A stretch of DNA of 62,971 bases from Aplysia californica. Lineage: Eukaryota. This document shows, piece by piece, positions 40,501-49,714 of this stretch. Below the pieces are notes generated by a model that was not told where the DNA came from, made no database searches, and worked only from the letters and a program-made list of their open reading frames with translations. Within the stretch, counting starts at the first letter, position 1. Each line of letters begins with the position of its first letter. The stretch spans positions 436,822 to 499,792 of the forward strand of contig NW_004797741.1 in the NCBI RefSeq assembly GCF_000002075.1. Direction: 5' to 3'. The translations under genes and the position numbers were made by a program.

Positions 40501-40683
40501 CACATGAAAAAAACAAAACAAAACGGGGTTCATATCCGCTTAACCTCTACCAAATAAGACGGAGCGCTCTTTCTTGAATTTTGATTTTTCTTGACATCTG
40601 CCCTTTAATCTAAAATCCAAAATTAATTAATGTCTAATACTATCTCAACTTACCGATGTATGTTCTGTACCACCTTCAGCCAT
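14628..40683 (-). CDS. CXXC1: CXXC-type zinc finger protein 1 (CFP1, SET1/COMPASS subunit); 14 coding exons, 1734 nt, 577 aa
   Basis: Exons joined by hand: 40654-40683, 37275-37432, 36678-36778, 35275-35402, 33733-33819, 33028-33096, 30105-30184, 28782-28941, 28110-28276, 27273-27480, 25536-25643, 24881-25024, 21125-21277, 14628-14768. All introns are GT-AG and the phases match. Domains are PHD (YCIC...MIGCDHCEEWYHGDC), CXXC (CGECSAC...CGRCDFC...KFGG...QKCRLRQC), SET1-interaction region (QCYGPAC...SKYCSDECG) and C-terminal WEKLRRAEID...LFEQER...MLHQT. Confidence 0.96.
15602..16287 (-). mobile_element. Tc1/mariner MITE family X, copy 1 (inverted relative to copies 2 and 3)
   Basis: TA|CAGTGGAGTCCACTTATAACGAG ... 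GGATTCCACTG|TA; reverse-complement match to 18335-19135. Confidence 0.85.
17498..18237. mobile_element. piggyBac-like non-autonomous element
   Basis: TIR CC(C/G)TTTCGCACTTA with TTTA/TTAA flanks. Confidence 0.65.
18335..19135 (+). mobile_element. Tc1/mariner MITE family X, copy 2
   Basis: TA|CAGTGGAATCCTGTTATAACGA ... CGTTATAAGTGGACTCCACTG|TA. Confidence 0.85.
19512..20310 (+). mobile_element. Tc1/mariner MITE family X, copy 3
   Basis: Same termini as copy 2 (one substitution) and a collinear body; TA TSD. Confidence 0.85.
21125..21277 (-). CDS. CXXC1: CXXC1 exon 13
   Basis: VNPDAVCGCP...CRAPKRKCVKHFCWEKLRRAEIDMQRLRQ; GTGAGA donor. Confidence 0.95.
21718..22251. mobile_element. Tc1/mariner-like MITE
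   Basis: CAGTCAGACCT ... AGGTTCGACTG|TA, with internal GTGGCCG repeats. Confidence 0.6.
23061..23704. mobile_element. piggyBac-like non-autonomous element
   Basis: TTAA|CACATTACACCCTAA ... TTAGGGTGTAATGTG|TTAA, a perfect 15-bp TIR. Confidence 0.85.
23760..24780. mobile_element. Probable DNA-transposon relic (CpG-rich, ends ...TTCGGACTA)
   Basis: A CpG-rich island in an otherwise CpG-poor intron, with no coding capacity. Only one terminus is recognisable. Confidence 0.4.
24881..25024 (-). CDS. CXXC1: CXXC1 exon 12
   Basis: FEAQTSFWSIYKTRIEGNSMFCDFYNPQQKMYCKRLKILCPEHTKEPK; GTAAGT donor. Confidence 0.95.
25536..25643 (-). CDS. CXXC1: CXXC1 exon 11
   Basis: GAEQDEDTELSIYCVTCGSEVSQKGALRHMEKCYLK. 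Confidence 0.94.
26069..26229 (-). mobile_element. 161-bp piggyBac-type MITE, copy 1
   Basis: TTAA flanks; reverse-complement homologue of 33367-33527. Confidence 0.75.
26234..27146. mobile_element. piggyBac-like non-autonomous element
   Basis: TTAA|CTCACTT...AAGTGAG|TTAA with a CpG-rich interior. Confidence 0.7.
27273..27480 (-). CDS. CXXC1: CXXC1 exon 10 (coiled coil)
   Basis: RIYEILPSRIQQWHSSPC...LLEQLRQE...EQE. Confidence 0.94.
28110..28276 (-). CDS. CXXC1: CXXC1 exon 9
   Basis: ...MPRQCYGPACIEPARLGSKYCSDECGMKLAK. Confidence 0.94.
28782..28941 (-). CDS. CXXC1: CXXC1 exon 8 (acidic and basic linker, NLS-like)
   Basis: DDFDEEEAYE...PKKKKDKKKVK...PEKPQ; GTAATG donor. Confidence 0.87.
29503..29890 (-). 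repeat. Retroposon (LINE 3' end or SINE) copy
   Basis: Collinear with 51045-51430, with partial copies near 21360, 31065, 44235 and 56090. The tail reads ggcgctcatatgacc...gcagttgcgag..taaaacc on the minus strand. Confidence 0.7.
30105..30184 (-). CDS. CXXC1: CXXC1 exon 7 (linker)
   Basis: Poly-T/CAG acceptor, GISTSDKGSVATDTGSERAVTDLSDF, GTGAGT donor. It supplies the phase 0->2 change needed between exons 6 and 8. Confidence 0.8.
30611..30816. repeat. 51-bp tandem repeat, 4 identical copies
   Basis: Unit TAACCATATATCCAAGTGCAAAAATATCCTTTGAGACAACATCAATAACTA. Confidence 0.95.
31650..32591. mobile_element. Tc1/mariner MITE
   Basis: TA|CAGTAGTCTC ... GAGACCACTG|TA, with repeated subterminal GGGATCTTA(A/G)GCGAA. 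Confidence 0.8.
33028..33096 (-). CDS. CXXC1: CXXC1 exon 6 (CXXC domain, KFGG motif)
   Basis: DMRKFGGINKLRQKCRLRQCTNY; GTGAGT donor. Confidence 0.95.
33367..33527 (+). mobile_element. 161-bp piggyBac-type MITE, copy 2
   Basis: TTAA|CACCTTGCAGT ... ACTGCAAAGTG|TTAA. Confidence 0.8.
33733..33819 (-). CDS. CXXC1: CXXC1 exon 5 (CXXC domain, first half)
   Basis: MAKSRTTRRCGECSACHRNEDCGRCDFCK; GTAAGT donor. Confidence 0.95.
34001..34765 (+). mobile_element. 5'-truncated L2/CR1-group LINE (RT C-terminal region + 3' tail)
   Basis: VKNLGIYFDSSLS, SRLDYCNSLLAG, LQTVQNNVAR and LHWLPV motifs, a degraded continuation, and a (TTA)n tail. Confidence 0.85.
35275..35402 (-). CDS. CXXC1: CXXC1 exon 4
   Basis: RNPSLEIQYKNKKK...REKM; phase 1 in and phase 0 out, matching its neighbours. 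Confidence 0.88.
36678..36778 (-). CDS. CXXC1: CXXC1 exon 3 (PHD finger)
   Basis: GCDHCEEWYHGDCIGVTQLDARSIKRYYCDACR; GTAAGT donor. Confidence 0.95.
37275..37432 (-). CDS. CXXC1: CXXC1 exon 2 (start of PHD finger)
   Basis: ttttatag acceptor; KKEKKGEIAHKFVLPERQAKV...LYCICRSSDCERFM; GTGAGT donor. Confidence 0.93.
38416..38835 (+). mobile_element. tRNA-Glu-derived SINE, copy 1
   Basis: A box TAGTCTAGAGG, CTCTCA anticodon-loop relic, B box GGTTCAAAACC, and a CACGTTAAAGAT core; homologous to 41846-42310. Confidence 0.75.
39278..39785 (+). repeat. Dispersed repeat, copy B, in CXXC1 intron 1
   Basis: Matches 2895-3376, and both end in ...agaggtggcc. Confidence 0.75.
39841..39974. mobile_element. 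134-bp MITE with ~26-bp TIRs and a 9-bp TSD (MULE-like), containing CCCTAA-like units
   Basis: GACTTCCGTAACGAGCGACCAC / GTGGTCGCTCGTTACAGAAGTC; flanks AAATTGAAA / CAATTGAAA. Confidence 0.75.
40001..40210. repeat. TAGATC/TCTAGA low-complexity tract in CXXC1 intron 1
   Basis: Direct reading. Confidence 0.75.
40654..40683 (-). CDS. CXXC1: CXXC1 exon 1 (MAEGGTEHTS)
   Basis: acaATGG start, ends at a GTAAGT donor, phase 0 matches exon 2, and a CpG-containing promoter-like region lies just upstream. Confidence 0.8.
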
Positions 40684-40689
40684 TGTAAA

Positions 40690-40830
40690 AGATGCGTATT
40701 GTCTTAACAGCCTCACAAATCAAATAATAAGTGCCAAAAAATAGCCTGCTGTATTTCGTGTTGTTCATACAATGACGACGGAAGCGCTTCCCCTCGGCTC
40801 GGCTTTGGACAGGGCAAAAAGAGAATGATA
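40690..40830 (-). promoter_or_regulatory. Putative CXXC1 5'UTR and core promoter
   Basis: Lies immediately upstream of the ATG, is locally CpG-rich, and has an ETS-like CGGAAG (~40779) and a TGACG half-site. Confidence 0.5.
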
Positions 40831-41153
40831 ATTTTACTCTCCGACAACGAAGAGTTCTTGAGCCCGTCGTTGAGAAACAGGGTCACTTAATACCTTCGGT
40901 AAAGAAAAATACATTAATGTGTGCGCAAAGGAGTACAATTATTGTAAAGATACGTTCGCCTCCGAGTACAGAATTTTCTTCCATTTGTAATAAATACAAG
41001 TCATATGTGTACATGTTCATTGAAAGCGTCATACCGTGGCTTAGATGCTCAACCTTTTTCTAATCTCGGGCCTACGAGTTTCATACTGAAAGAGTAGAGT
41101 AGAGGATTCTGAAAGAACTAAAGAAATCAACAGGAGACATCATACAGGATAGC

Positions 41154-41845
41154 ATGCAATTTACCTATTGTGCCAAGATGGGCGTAGAGGATGCCATTCT
41201 TTCGTTCTTAGATAACAACTTTAAACTCATAGACCCATCACGGAATTACCTCAGGATACTTTCTGCTGATTTGTCATTCGCCGTCAACACAATCCAACTC
41301 CACATAATGGTTTCAAAATTAATAAACATGAAAACAAACAAGAACATGGTAGGGGGGATTCTTGATTTTTGTACCCAACACCCTTAATAGGTAAAATTAA
41401 ATGGTGTAAAATCCGACCTAATATACACGAACACCAGTGCGCCCCAAGGTATATCTCCCCTGTCTGGTTTACGCTCTACACCAACGACTGTACTTTTAAT
41501 TACAAAAACATCAAACTAATAAAATTTGCGGATGATTCCACTCTACAAGGCCTTATATCAACAATTAATGAGAATGAATACAGGGACAAGGTATTTTTTT
41601 AAAAACCCAACAAATTGGTGTGATAATTACTACGTCATTAAAAAAAAGGCAAAGGTTAATGTACTTTAGAGTTTTAAAAGATCAATTGCAACCACTATTT
41701 ATTAAGGATGAGGAAGTGGAGGTTGTAGACGCCTACAAATATCTTGGAATAACCATCGACAACAAGCTTGACTGGCATCCCCACCATGCTGCTCCTGTGT
41801 GTAAAAATTTAAACCAAAGAATGTGTCTTTTAACGAAATTAAAGA
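41154..41845 (+). mobile_element. Degenerate LINE reverse transcriptase (Rex/Babar/L2-group-like)
   Basis: Frameshifted RT motifs GVEDAI, DLSFAVNTI, FTLYTND, KFADDS and YKYLGITIDNKLDW. Confidence 0.85.
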
Positions 41846-42310
41846 GAGCTCTCGTGGTCTAGAGGTTAAGGAGTTTGCCTCTCATTCAATGGGTCTAGGG
41901 TTCGAAACCTGGCTGCGGTGGAAAATTTTCTTCTCTAAAAATTTCTCCTTTCACCTCCTTTCCTGCTCTCTAAACGTGTTCTGTTATCTGTTTTCGTTTC
42001 CAATTTCTCCCCCCCCCCCACCCACCCACTCCTCCCATTTTGTCCCCTCCACGGGGCTCCTGACTCGTTCTGCAGCCTTTCTACTGCTACTCTTTGGCTC
42101 CTTCTTACTACATGTACTGTCTTTCAGCCACACCCCTGATCTTAGGGTTTGTAAGAATAGTAAGATCTAATATCTAGCCTTCTCGGAAAAGGGCGAAAAT
42201 TTTCGAAAGCTCGTGTGCAAGTTGCGTGCGTTAAAGATCCCTTGGAGGTGCAAAATCGTTATCAGTAGGCTTCGGCCGCCACCCGAGCAAAATTCAAAAT
42301 AGTTTCTACC
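41846..42310 (+). mobile_element. tRNA-Glu-derived SINE, copy 2, followed by (CTAT)n
   Basis: TGGTCTAGAGGTTAAGG, GGTTCGAAACC and CGTTAAAGATCCC; it truncates the adjacent LINE fragment. Confidence 0.78.
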
Positions 42311-42319
42311 ATTATACAT

Positions 42320-42320
<1 letters not shown>

Positions 42321-42376
<56 letters not shown>
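42321..42376. repeat. (CTAT)n microsatellite
   Basis: Direct reading. Confidence 0.95.
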
Positions 42377-42585
42377 AACGGGAGTTAAATTCGGAATTCG
42401 ATCCACGGCCACCCGCTCCATAGTCCAGTGTGAGCTAACAGTAAAAAAGGTGGTGTGATATTGCTTTCACACGTCTTCCAATACGGTAATTTTTTGTAAG
42501 TAGAGGAACTAGCTCCGAATCAAGGAGGTACTGTGTACATCATTAGATCAAGAACGACCTGGTCTAGACCAGGTTTGTCTTCTTC

Positions 42586-42587
<2 letters not shown>

Positions 42588-42673
<86 letters not shown>
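42588..42673. repeat. (AG)n microsatellite
   Basis: Direct reading; other (AG)n tracts at 51877-51925 and 59027-59073. Confidence 0.95.
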
Positions 42674-42677
<4 letters not shown>

Positions 42678-43319
42678 GGAAACTGTATGGCAACCTCTAC
42701 TGAATGTTTCGAACCGTAAGAATCTTGTCGCTTACAAGGATTACAAAATAAGAAAAATTAACATCGGAGGATTGGGGGTGGGGGGGGGTCGTTTAAAAGA
42801 GTGCAAACCACATATTTCCTGACAGAATAGAGTAACATTATTATATCCCTTTAGTCTGTTGTCGTCCGACAGTGGGACAACATCACATTAATCGCATTGC
42901 GATGCGACTAGAAATTAGCTGCTGTCTTTTGAATATAATTGATTAATTTTAAATAGTGTGTGTTGAGGATACTTTGCCACTTTTCTTAGCAACTTTCCTG
43001 TCAGCCCGGCTGTTGGAAGGGAGGTTGTGCTGGGGAAGATATAGTCGGTCACTCACGGCCTGTAAACGGACAGTCTGACGAGAGAGAGAGAGACAGAAAA
43101 GAGGAAGGGAGAGAGCGTAAGTCAACCCACTTTACGGGAAATCTACAAGGCACTACTCTTGATCAATTCAAATAAAGGTATCAGCACCTATGGTAGGAGT
43201 TCGTATCTATTACTTCGAAATGTTAGTTTAAAGATGTAGTATTGTATTGCTGTGTTCCGTAACAGTGAGAGTGCAACACAGTAGTAAGGTAATAAAGTGC
43301 GGAAGATTAGAGGTGTTAA

Positions 43320-43661
43320 CCCCTTCGCTGCCAGGCCCGAGAACTGAGAGATGAGGCAAGTCTTCAAGTAAAAACGCATTTCCGCGTTTCATAAATCTTA
43401 GTTTATTTAAAGGAATAAAAACAACTCATTGTAGGCTACTTTTTGTTTGGTTTTGGGAGTTCGGTATCGTCGTTGTCCCAAAAACCGTCAACACTCAACT
43501 CCACAACCAAAAGGGGGGAGGGTTATCGGTGGGATGAGGATGTGTTGTTAGTCAAGGATGAGGAGTGGCGAATGAGTGGTGGGGTATAAGACAGGAGTTT
43601 GCTTATTTCGTAGGCCTATAATCCAACCAGAGAGATCGACTTGGGCCTGGCAATGAGAGGG
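43320..43661. mobile_element. piggyBac-type MITE
   Basis: TTAA|CCCCTTCGCTGCCAGGCCC ... GGGCCTGGCAATGAGAGGG|TTAA. Confidence 0.75.
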
Positions 43662-44229
43662 TTAAATATAAAGCCTAGCATTACCCGCTTATACAGCGCA
43701 GAAAACATAAAGCTAAATAAACTGTGCGTCATCAAACTCTCACACATAAGAGTCGCCCAAAATACGGTCACTCAAATCACATAACTGAAGCGAGAGCCCG
43801 CCGTAGCAGTGAANNNNNNNNNNNNNNNNNNNNNNNNNNNNNNNNNNNNNNNNNNNNNNNNNNNNNNNNNNNNNNNNNNNNNNNNNNNNNNNNNNNNNNN
43901 NNNNNNNNNNNNNNNNNNNNNNNNNNNNNNNNNNNNNNNNNNNNNNNNNNNNNNNNNNNNNNNNNNNNNNNNNNNNNNNNNNNNNNNNGGTAGATATCTG
44001 ATGGAAATAAGGAGCAAACCACACTAGAGCCCCCCCCCCCCTTTTCCATCTACCCGCGGTATAAATCAATTACTGTCAGCGCCTCCTTGTCAGTTTTACG
44101 TCACGTGCCTTTAATTTGTGTCCTCTTTGCTTGGTCAATACCAGTGTCAGGCCGACGAGGTCGTGCTGTGTAGGAGGGAAACTACTATCAGACAGATGAA
44201 GATGGACATACTTTTTGTTGTTGTTTTAG

Positions 44230-45120
44230 TATGAGTTTTACGGCACTTGCAACACAAGTAGGCCATACAAGTGCTGATGATTAGAGGCTTTACAATAGAA
44301 AAGACAAACACAAAATGAAAAGGAGGAGAGATGAGGACGACACATTTTTGGATAGGAAAGAAGGAACAATTAAGTCAACATATCCCATACCGATGGGGAT
44401 CAAGGACTGGTGATGGATCTCATTTAAATATTGAGAAATGCCTAAGCGTCTCAAACAGCTTCTCCCAATCCAGCCAACCGTACCTGCCCGTGGTGGTCCC
44501 TGTCCTCACTGACACGGCTCTGGCGAATGGCGAGTTGTTGGCGCCAACAAACAAACCACCCCCGTTTCCTAGAGGGGTTAAAACAACAGGATGGGAGCAG
44601 GTGTGGCCCCACAAGGTGCAGGAGGCAGAACCCACCGATGTGTGGTAGACGCTATGCTCCTCACTAACACACCCCTACCCTCCCTTGAGTGGGTGTCTAA
44701 TCTGCCTAACACCTCTACTTCTTTTATCAACACACCCTCTGTGGCTGAGAAGGTACCAGCCAGTTTGAGAGTGTCTGGGTGCAAGGGATGGACCGAGCGG
44801 AATGCCTGACTTGTTTTCTGGCTGTGAAACCTCTTAGTAAAGGCACAACGACCCAGGACGTGACGATCCAATGGCTTTCCCATTTGGCCGATACCTCATG
44901 AAAGAGTCGAAAACTTTAGCCAGTAGCCATTGGTGGCGGGGAATGGGCAACGTGAACCCCTGGAATTACACGGTCACTGGACAGTTAGGTCTTTCCAGTC
45001 TCATGAAAACTCCTTGTACCCTCATACCCTCAACATGAATGGCCCCTTCTCAGGGTGGGCAGGCAGTCCACAGACACCCCAGTCCACAATGCCATGACAT
45101 CCTATTCCGATATTAACTAT
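44230..45120 (-). mobile_element. Probable degraded LINE-derived sequence
   Basis: A GC-richer block whose left end resembles the 29503-family tail; no intact domain is visible. Confidence 0.35.
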
Positions 45121-45739
45121 GGACACAGAACAATTATTAACATATTATTGCAGCGTCTGATGAACAGACCCCCCCCCCTTTTTTTTTCTCCCCATGAGCG
45201 CGCTCTTTTCTGAAAGGTTGGACAGTCTGAGCTCTTTCAGTCATATCACATTGGGACAGGAGACCAGACTCTAAGACCTTTAGGGTTCCAGTCCATTCAC
45301 AAAGATTGCTGGTTTCTAGATCTTTGTTCTTCAGACCTCAATTTTTTTCTCATTTTTCTTTTTCTGTGTAAGTTCAACGTTTTACGAGACACAGACTGAG
45401 TCATTTCGGAGGCAGGTTCTCTCTTGCACAGCCCTCCTTACAGTGAGTTGAACAGGCAGTTAACCTGAACAAGCATGTTAACTCCACAAGACCTTTCACT
45501 TTCAGGTGGGATGTAGCAGCACAACAAACAAATTTCTGTCGACATGAATCAAACTTTATAACAATCACAGAATAACAGTACACTGACGAGTTTCTCAGTT
45601 CCTTTTATTTATTTCTGCTTCAGGATTAAAGCTGGGTCAAGTACATTTAAGTTCACCACAGAGTCAAAGGTGCGATTTATTTAAGTGCACACAACATATT
45701 ATTATGACATCTTCCTCCTCCTCCCCAGTACTCATCTAC

Positions 45740-45945
45740 AAGATTGTGCTGAACTTATTGAGTTGAAAAACTTAACCAACTCACAGAAGTCCAGGGTTCG
45801 AATCAAAGCAATATTTCCAAACTTTTCCCAACCTTCCTGGAATGTTTTCCCCCTCTCAGCCCGTTGTTTGGGCAGGGGACAGAGTGCTCCATCGCCTTTA
45901 AAATGACCTACAGTAGTGACTAATAGGACATTAAACTTAAACATT
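45740..45945 (+). mobile_element. Possible degenerate SINE
   Basis: B box GGTTCGAATC and a tail atgaccta...ggacattaaacttaaac. Confidence 0.35.
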
Positions 45946-48900
45946 ACAAATATGGTTCTGTTTTAATCTACAGCCATGCAACTGTATACAACAAACATTT
46001 CCTGGCTTTTGCAGTGTAAGAAACACTTTCTTTCCTTCTCTATGATACTAAAAATGCAAGTGCAAATGACAGAAGCAAAGTGTTTAATGTATTACTATTA
46101 TGACTTTGCGCAAGATCTCGCAAACACCCTTGCCCTCTGTAGACGGCAGCTGAATGTAAAAAGATAAATGCAAAAACACAATGATGGTGTTGTATGGTAC
46201 ACTGAAAATAAAATAGCAGAGTATCAGGCTCAATGACAGAGGAACAGAAAAGATCAAATCATCATACCCAGAAAAAAGCATTGCCACAACTAAAGGAATT
46301 TTTCAGTTATGGTTGTACTATAATCTCCATGGTGAGAATAAATGGATTTTCATTTATCATCCATTTACTGCTTTCTTGGAATAAAATGATTTAAAGCATT
46401 CNNNNNNNNNNNNNNNNNNNNNNNNNNNNNNNNNNNNNNNNNNNNNNNNNNNNNNNNNNNNNNNNNNNNNNNNNNNNNNNNNNNNNNNNNNNNNNNNNNN
46501 NNNNNNNNNNNNNNNNNNNNNNNNNNNNNNNNNNNNNNNNNNNNNNNNCATCATATGTTCAAACAGTCAATGTGATGTGACCTTCTATACCCATTGACAC
46601 TGAACAGAACATCACACATCTTAACATGGGTATTTCACATACACATTATAGCTTATCGGCCTTTCAGGGTTACACATTACATGTACACTCTTGAGAAAAA
46701 ATAATACATGTACATGCAATATGACATCAAGGTGACTAGTCAAAACTTTACTCTCATTGAAAGAGCATGCATTTCCAATGGATAAAGCATTCATTTTTAT
46801 GGAGTTCCCAGCTTATGAACAATTAGTAGGCAGATTGGGTGAAACAATACTGATTGAAACAAAAACAAAAAGAAAACTAAGAAATTCTGTTTGGCAGCAT
46901 TGCATTCAGATAAACCTTATAAGATACTGAACTCTTTGTGAAAAGTATACAAAACTTTCACCAGCATCCCCTAAAGAAAAGCATTCTGATGTAACCTATC
47001 AAATTGTCCTTGCCAAGTCAGGGACAGCTTTCCTAAGAAAATGGTAGAAGAGCACTGCTATCAGAACAAAATTGTCCCACACAGATAGAAATGAGGAATG
47101 TTACCCACAAGGATATGAAACAACATAGACAACAAAATGGCAAGTAAAAGTTTTAGGAAATCCTAGTACAAGCAATTGAACTCATTGGGAAAAAACTATT
47201 AAAAAATAAAAATTAACTAATGAGAACAAAGAGCCTACATGCTGTCATTAAGTTTTATGAATATGTCCAAGTGGTGCACCCCAACACAGACTTCACTAAA
47301 AGATGCTTATCACGTCAACAGCAAGATTATTACTTATTGTTACTTGACTTCAAGTGAACAACAAAACAGAAATGAAACCAGCAATTGGACATTAAAAATT
47401 TGATGTAAATTACTTTTTGTTTTAGTCCTCAAGATAAAAAAAAAGAATCCGCCCTAAAACATGTACTGGTTAAGGCCCCTCACACAATACACAACAATAG
47501 ACGGAAAGAACGTTTAGTAATCTCTGGTCCCTTTCCACGGCCATGTGTATCGTTTGTTGAGAACAAACTGCAGTCAAACCTCATCATATTGCCGCACATC
47601 ATGAAGCCCACATTTTAACTTCGCATACAACAAGTGCACTGAAGAGTGGCAGCGAAAAAAAGTTGTGCTACCACTGTGAATGCTATGGCACTCTTTGTCC
47701 ATTAATGTCTTGAAAAGGAACAGCCTTGTTGACCTGTTACCGACAATGACCTGAAGCACTACAGAACAAATTTGCTCACCCGGTTTGAAAGGCACACCAT
47801 GGGTATACACAAGTTTGCAAGTTTGACTAAAAAGTACAAGTATCATTTTATCCCTCTGAGAACTTTAGAATTAGAATTAAGAATGACATTCCAATGTACT
47901 TGTACAAGGACACTGTGACCGACAGTGACACATGAGCTCTAGATGGTGTGCTCCAGCAAGGCTTGTTTTCTCTAACTACAGTGTTTGCAGCCACTTCACA
48001 GAATTGGATTAGGTCATATTGACATATTTTGCTCTGGTGAAGGAAAAGAACCCTCACATACTTACAGCAATTGAAAATAAAATCCAACCCAAGACATATA
48101 TTAATTCAACGCAATGACCTACTAAATCTTTGCAAGTCTTCACAATGAAAATGTGCGGATAGTTTAGGTCTTTGCCAATATGAACAGGTTGATGATTTTA
48201 AGTTTAACCGATTAAAATAAAACTTGGAAGATGCCTAAAATAAAATGAGACAGACAAATTCTACCAATGTATGAAGACCCCTTCAGAACACCTTACCGAA
48301 ATGTTGATTTTGGTGGGAAAGAGTTGGCGACAGAAAGAGGTCTGACTGTAGTCTAGTATGTGCATACAGCTGAACACGATAATCCATCTCATCATCCTGA
48401 CTTCCAAGTGTTAACAGGACCAAAACAAAAAAAATATAAACTGATAGTCCAAATAATGGGTGACACAAGGAATAGATATGGGCATCCAAATATTACATGA
48501 TAAGGGAAAATGGATAAAGAAAAAAAAGTAGAGATGTTGACCTCAAATCAGCATCACAAAAGAAGGAATGTGTGTCCATGCAAATGAGGTGAAGAATTAG
48601 ACTTGGATGTCCACAAGACAGCAGATTGGGAATGTGGTTAATATAATTCTTTCAACAATGCACTAAACTCTTGTGTCCATAGGTGAGTTTGCACCAAGCG
48701 ATTCAAAGACACCGTTTAGATATAGTCACTTTGAGGTAAACTTAACTAATACATACTATTCCTTTTTTTGCAGAAGCAATTCCTTGGGACAGTTTATCTC
48801 ATTCCTCAAGTTAAAACCTAACACTACGCCAACAATCGAGTAAAATAAAAACCTTAAAGGTTTTACCCACATGTTTTCTTTTTAAAAAACCAGAAACAAA

Positions 48901-49635
48901 CTCATTTTTCTGCAAAGTTGACACTATCACATCAGATAAAAGAAAAAAAGTTCACATTAAGAGGTAGCTGGCCCTTTGCGCACATACAGCATTATCACAT
49001 GCATGGTATTATCACAAGACACACATACATCTATACAGCATAAGGGCAATACAGAAAAACAGATTCAAACTCGAGATCACAAAGACTTTTTGTTTCATCC
49101 CTTGAAGTCTTGAGTTCAGCTCATTAAGTCACCCACACATGATTGTCATGAAGAAATAAAAAACACAGTGACAGAATTAAGACAAACTGTGATGGTGAAA
49201 CGTCCTCTCCAGTGTCCAACACAAGAACCTCAAGAACAAAAAATAAAACATAAAATCGATTGTGGGAAAAATATAGGAGTGATAGTACTCCCACTTGTTG
49301 ACTCTCAAATGAAGTGCAAGGAAAAGCCATCAAACACTGCTGACAGGATGAAAACGGCAAAAAATGAGATTGGTACTGAAGTCCAAGTCCTTCACCCGTT
49401 GTCCTCTCAGCTTTCACACTACAGCTGCCCAGGTTGGTTATCATTTACCACATGTCATGGACAATACGTAGGTCACCACCATGTGGAGTTTTGCTCAAAA
49501 CAGTTTTCACAATCTGTTGTTGCCTCTTTTTATGTATAAAATCTTTAAAATCATGAAGAACTGTGCGCAGGAGGGTGAGTAGTCAGTGTCTTGGGTCTCC
49601 CTCACTCAGCACTTCCCATGAGCAGGTGAGGGAGT

Positions 49636-49714
49636 CTAAGACATCTCAAATGCATTGCCCCACAACAAGATTTTCAGCTTGGGTTTGGAGGAGGTCACTA
49701 TCCTCAGTCTGTAT
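49636..49714 (-). CDS. Probable terminal exon of CARD-LRR gene (YRLRIVTSSKPKLKILLWGNAFEMS*)
   Basis: Strong ttttctttcctcag acceptor and an LRR-cap-like LKILLWGN before TAG. It needs an unseen phase 0->2 exon. Confidence 0.55.
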
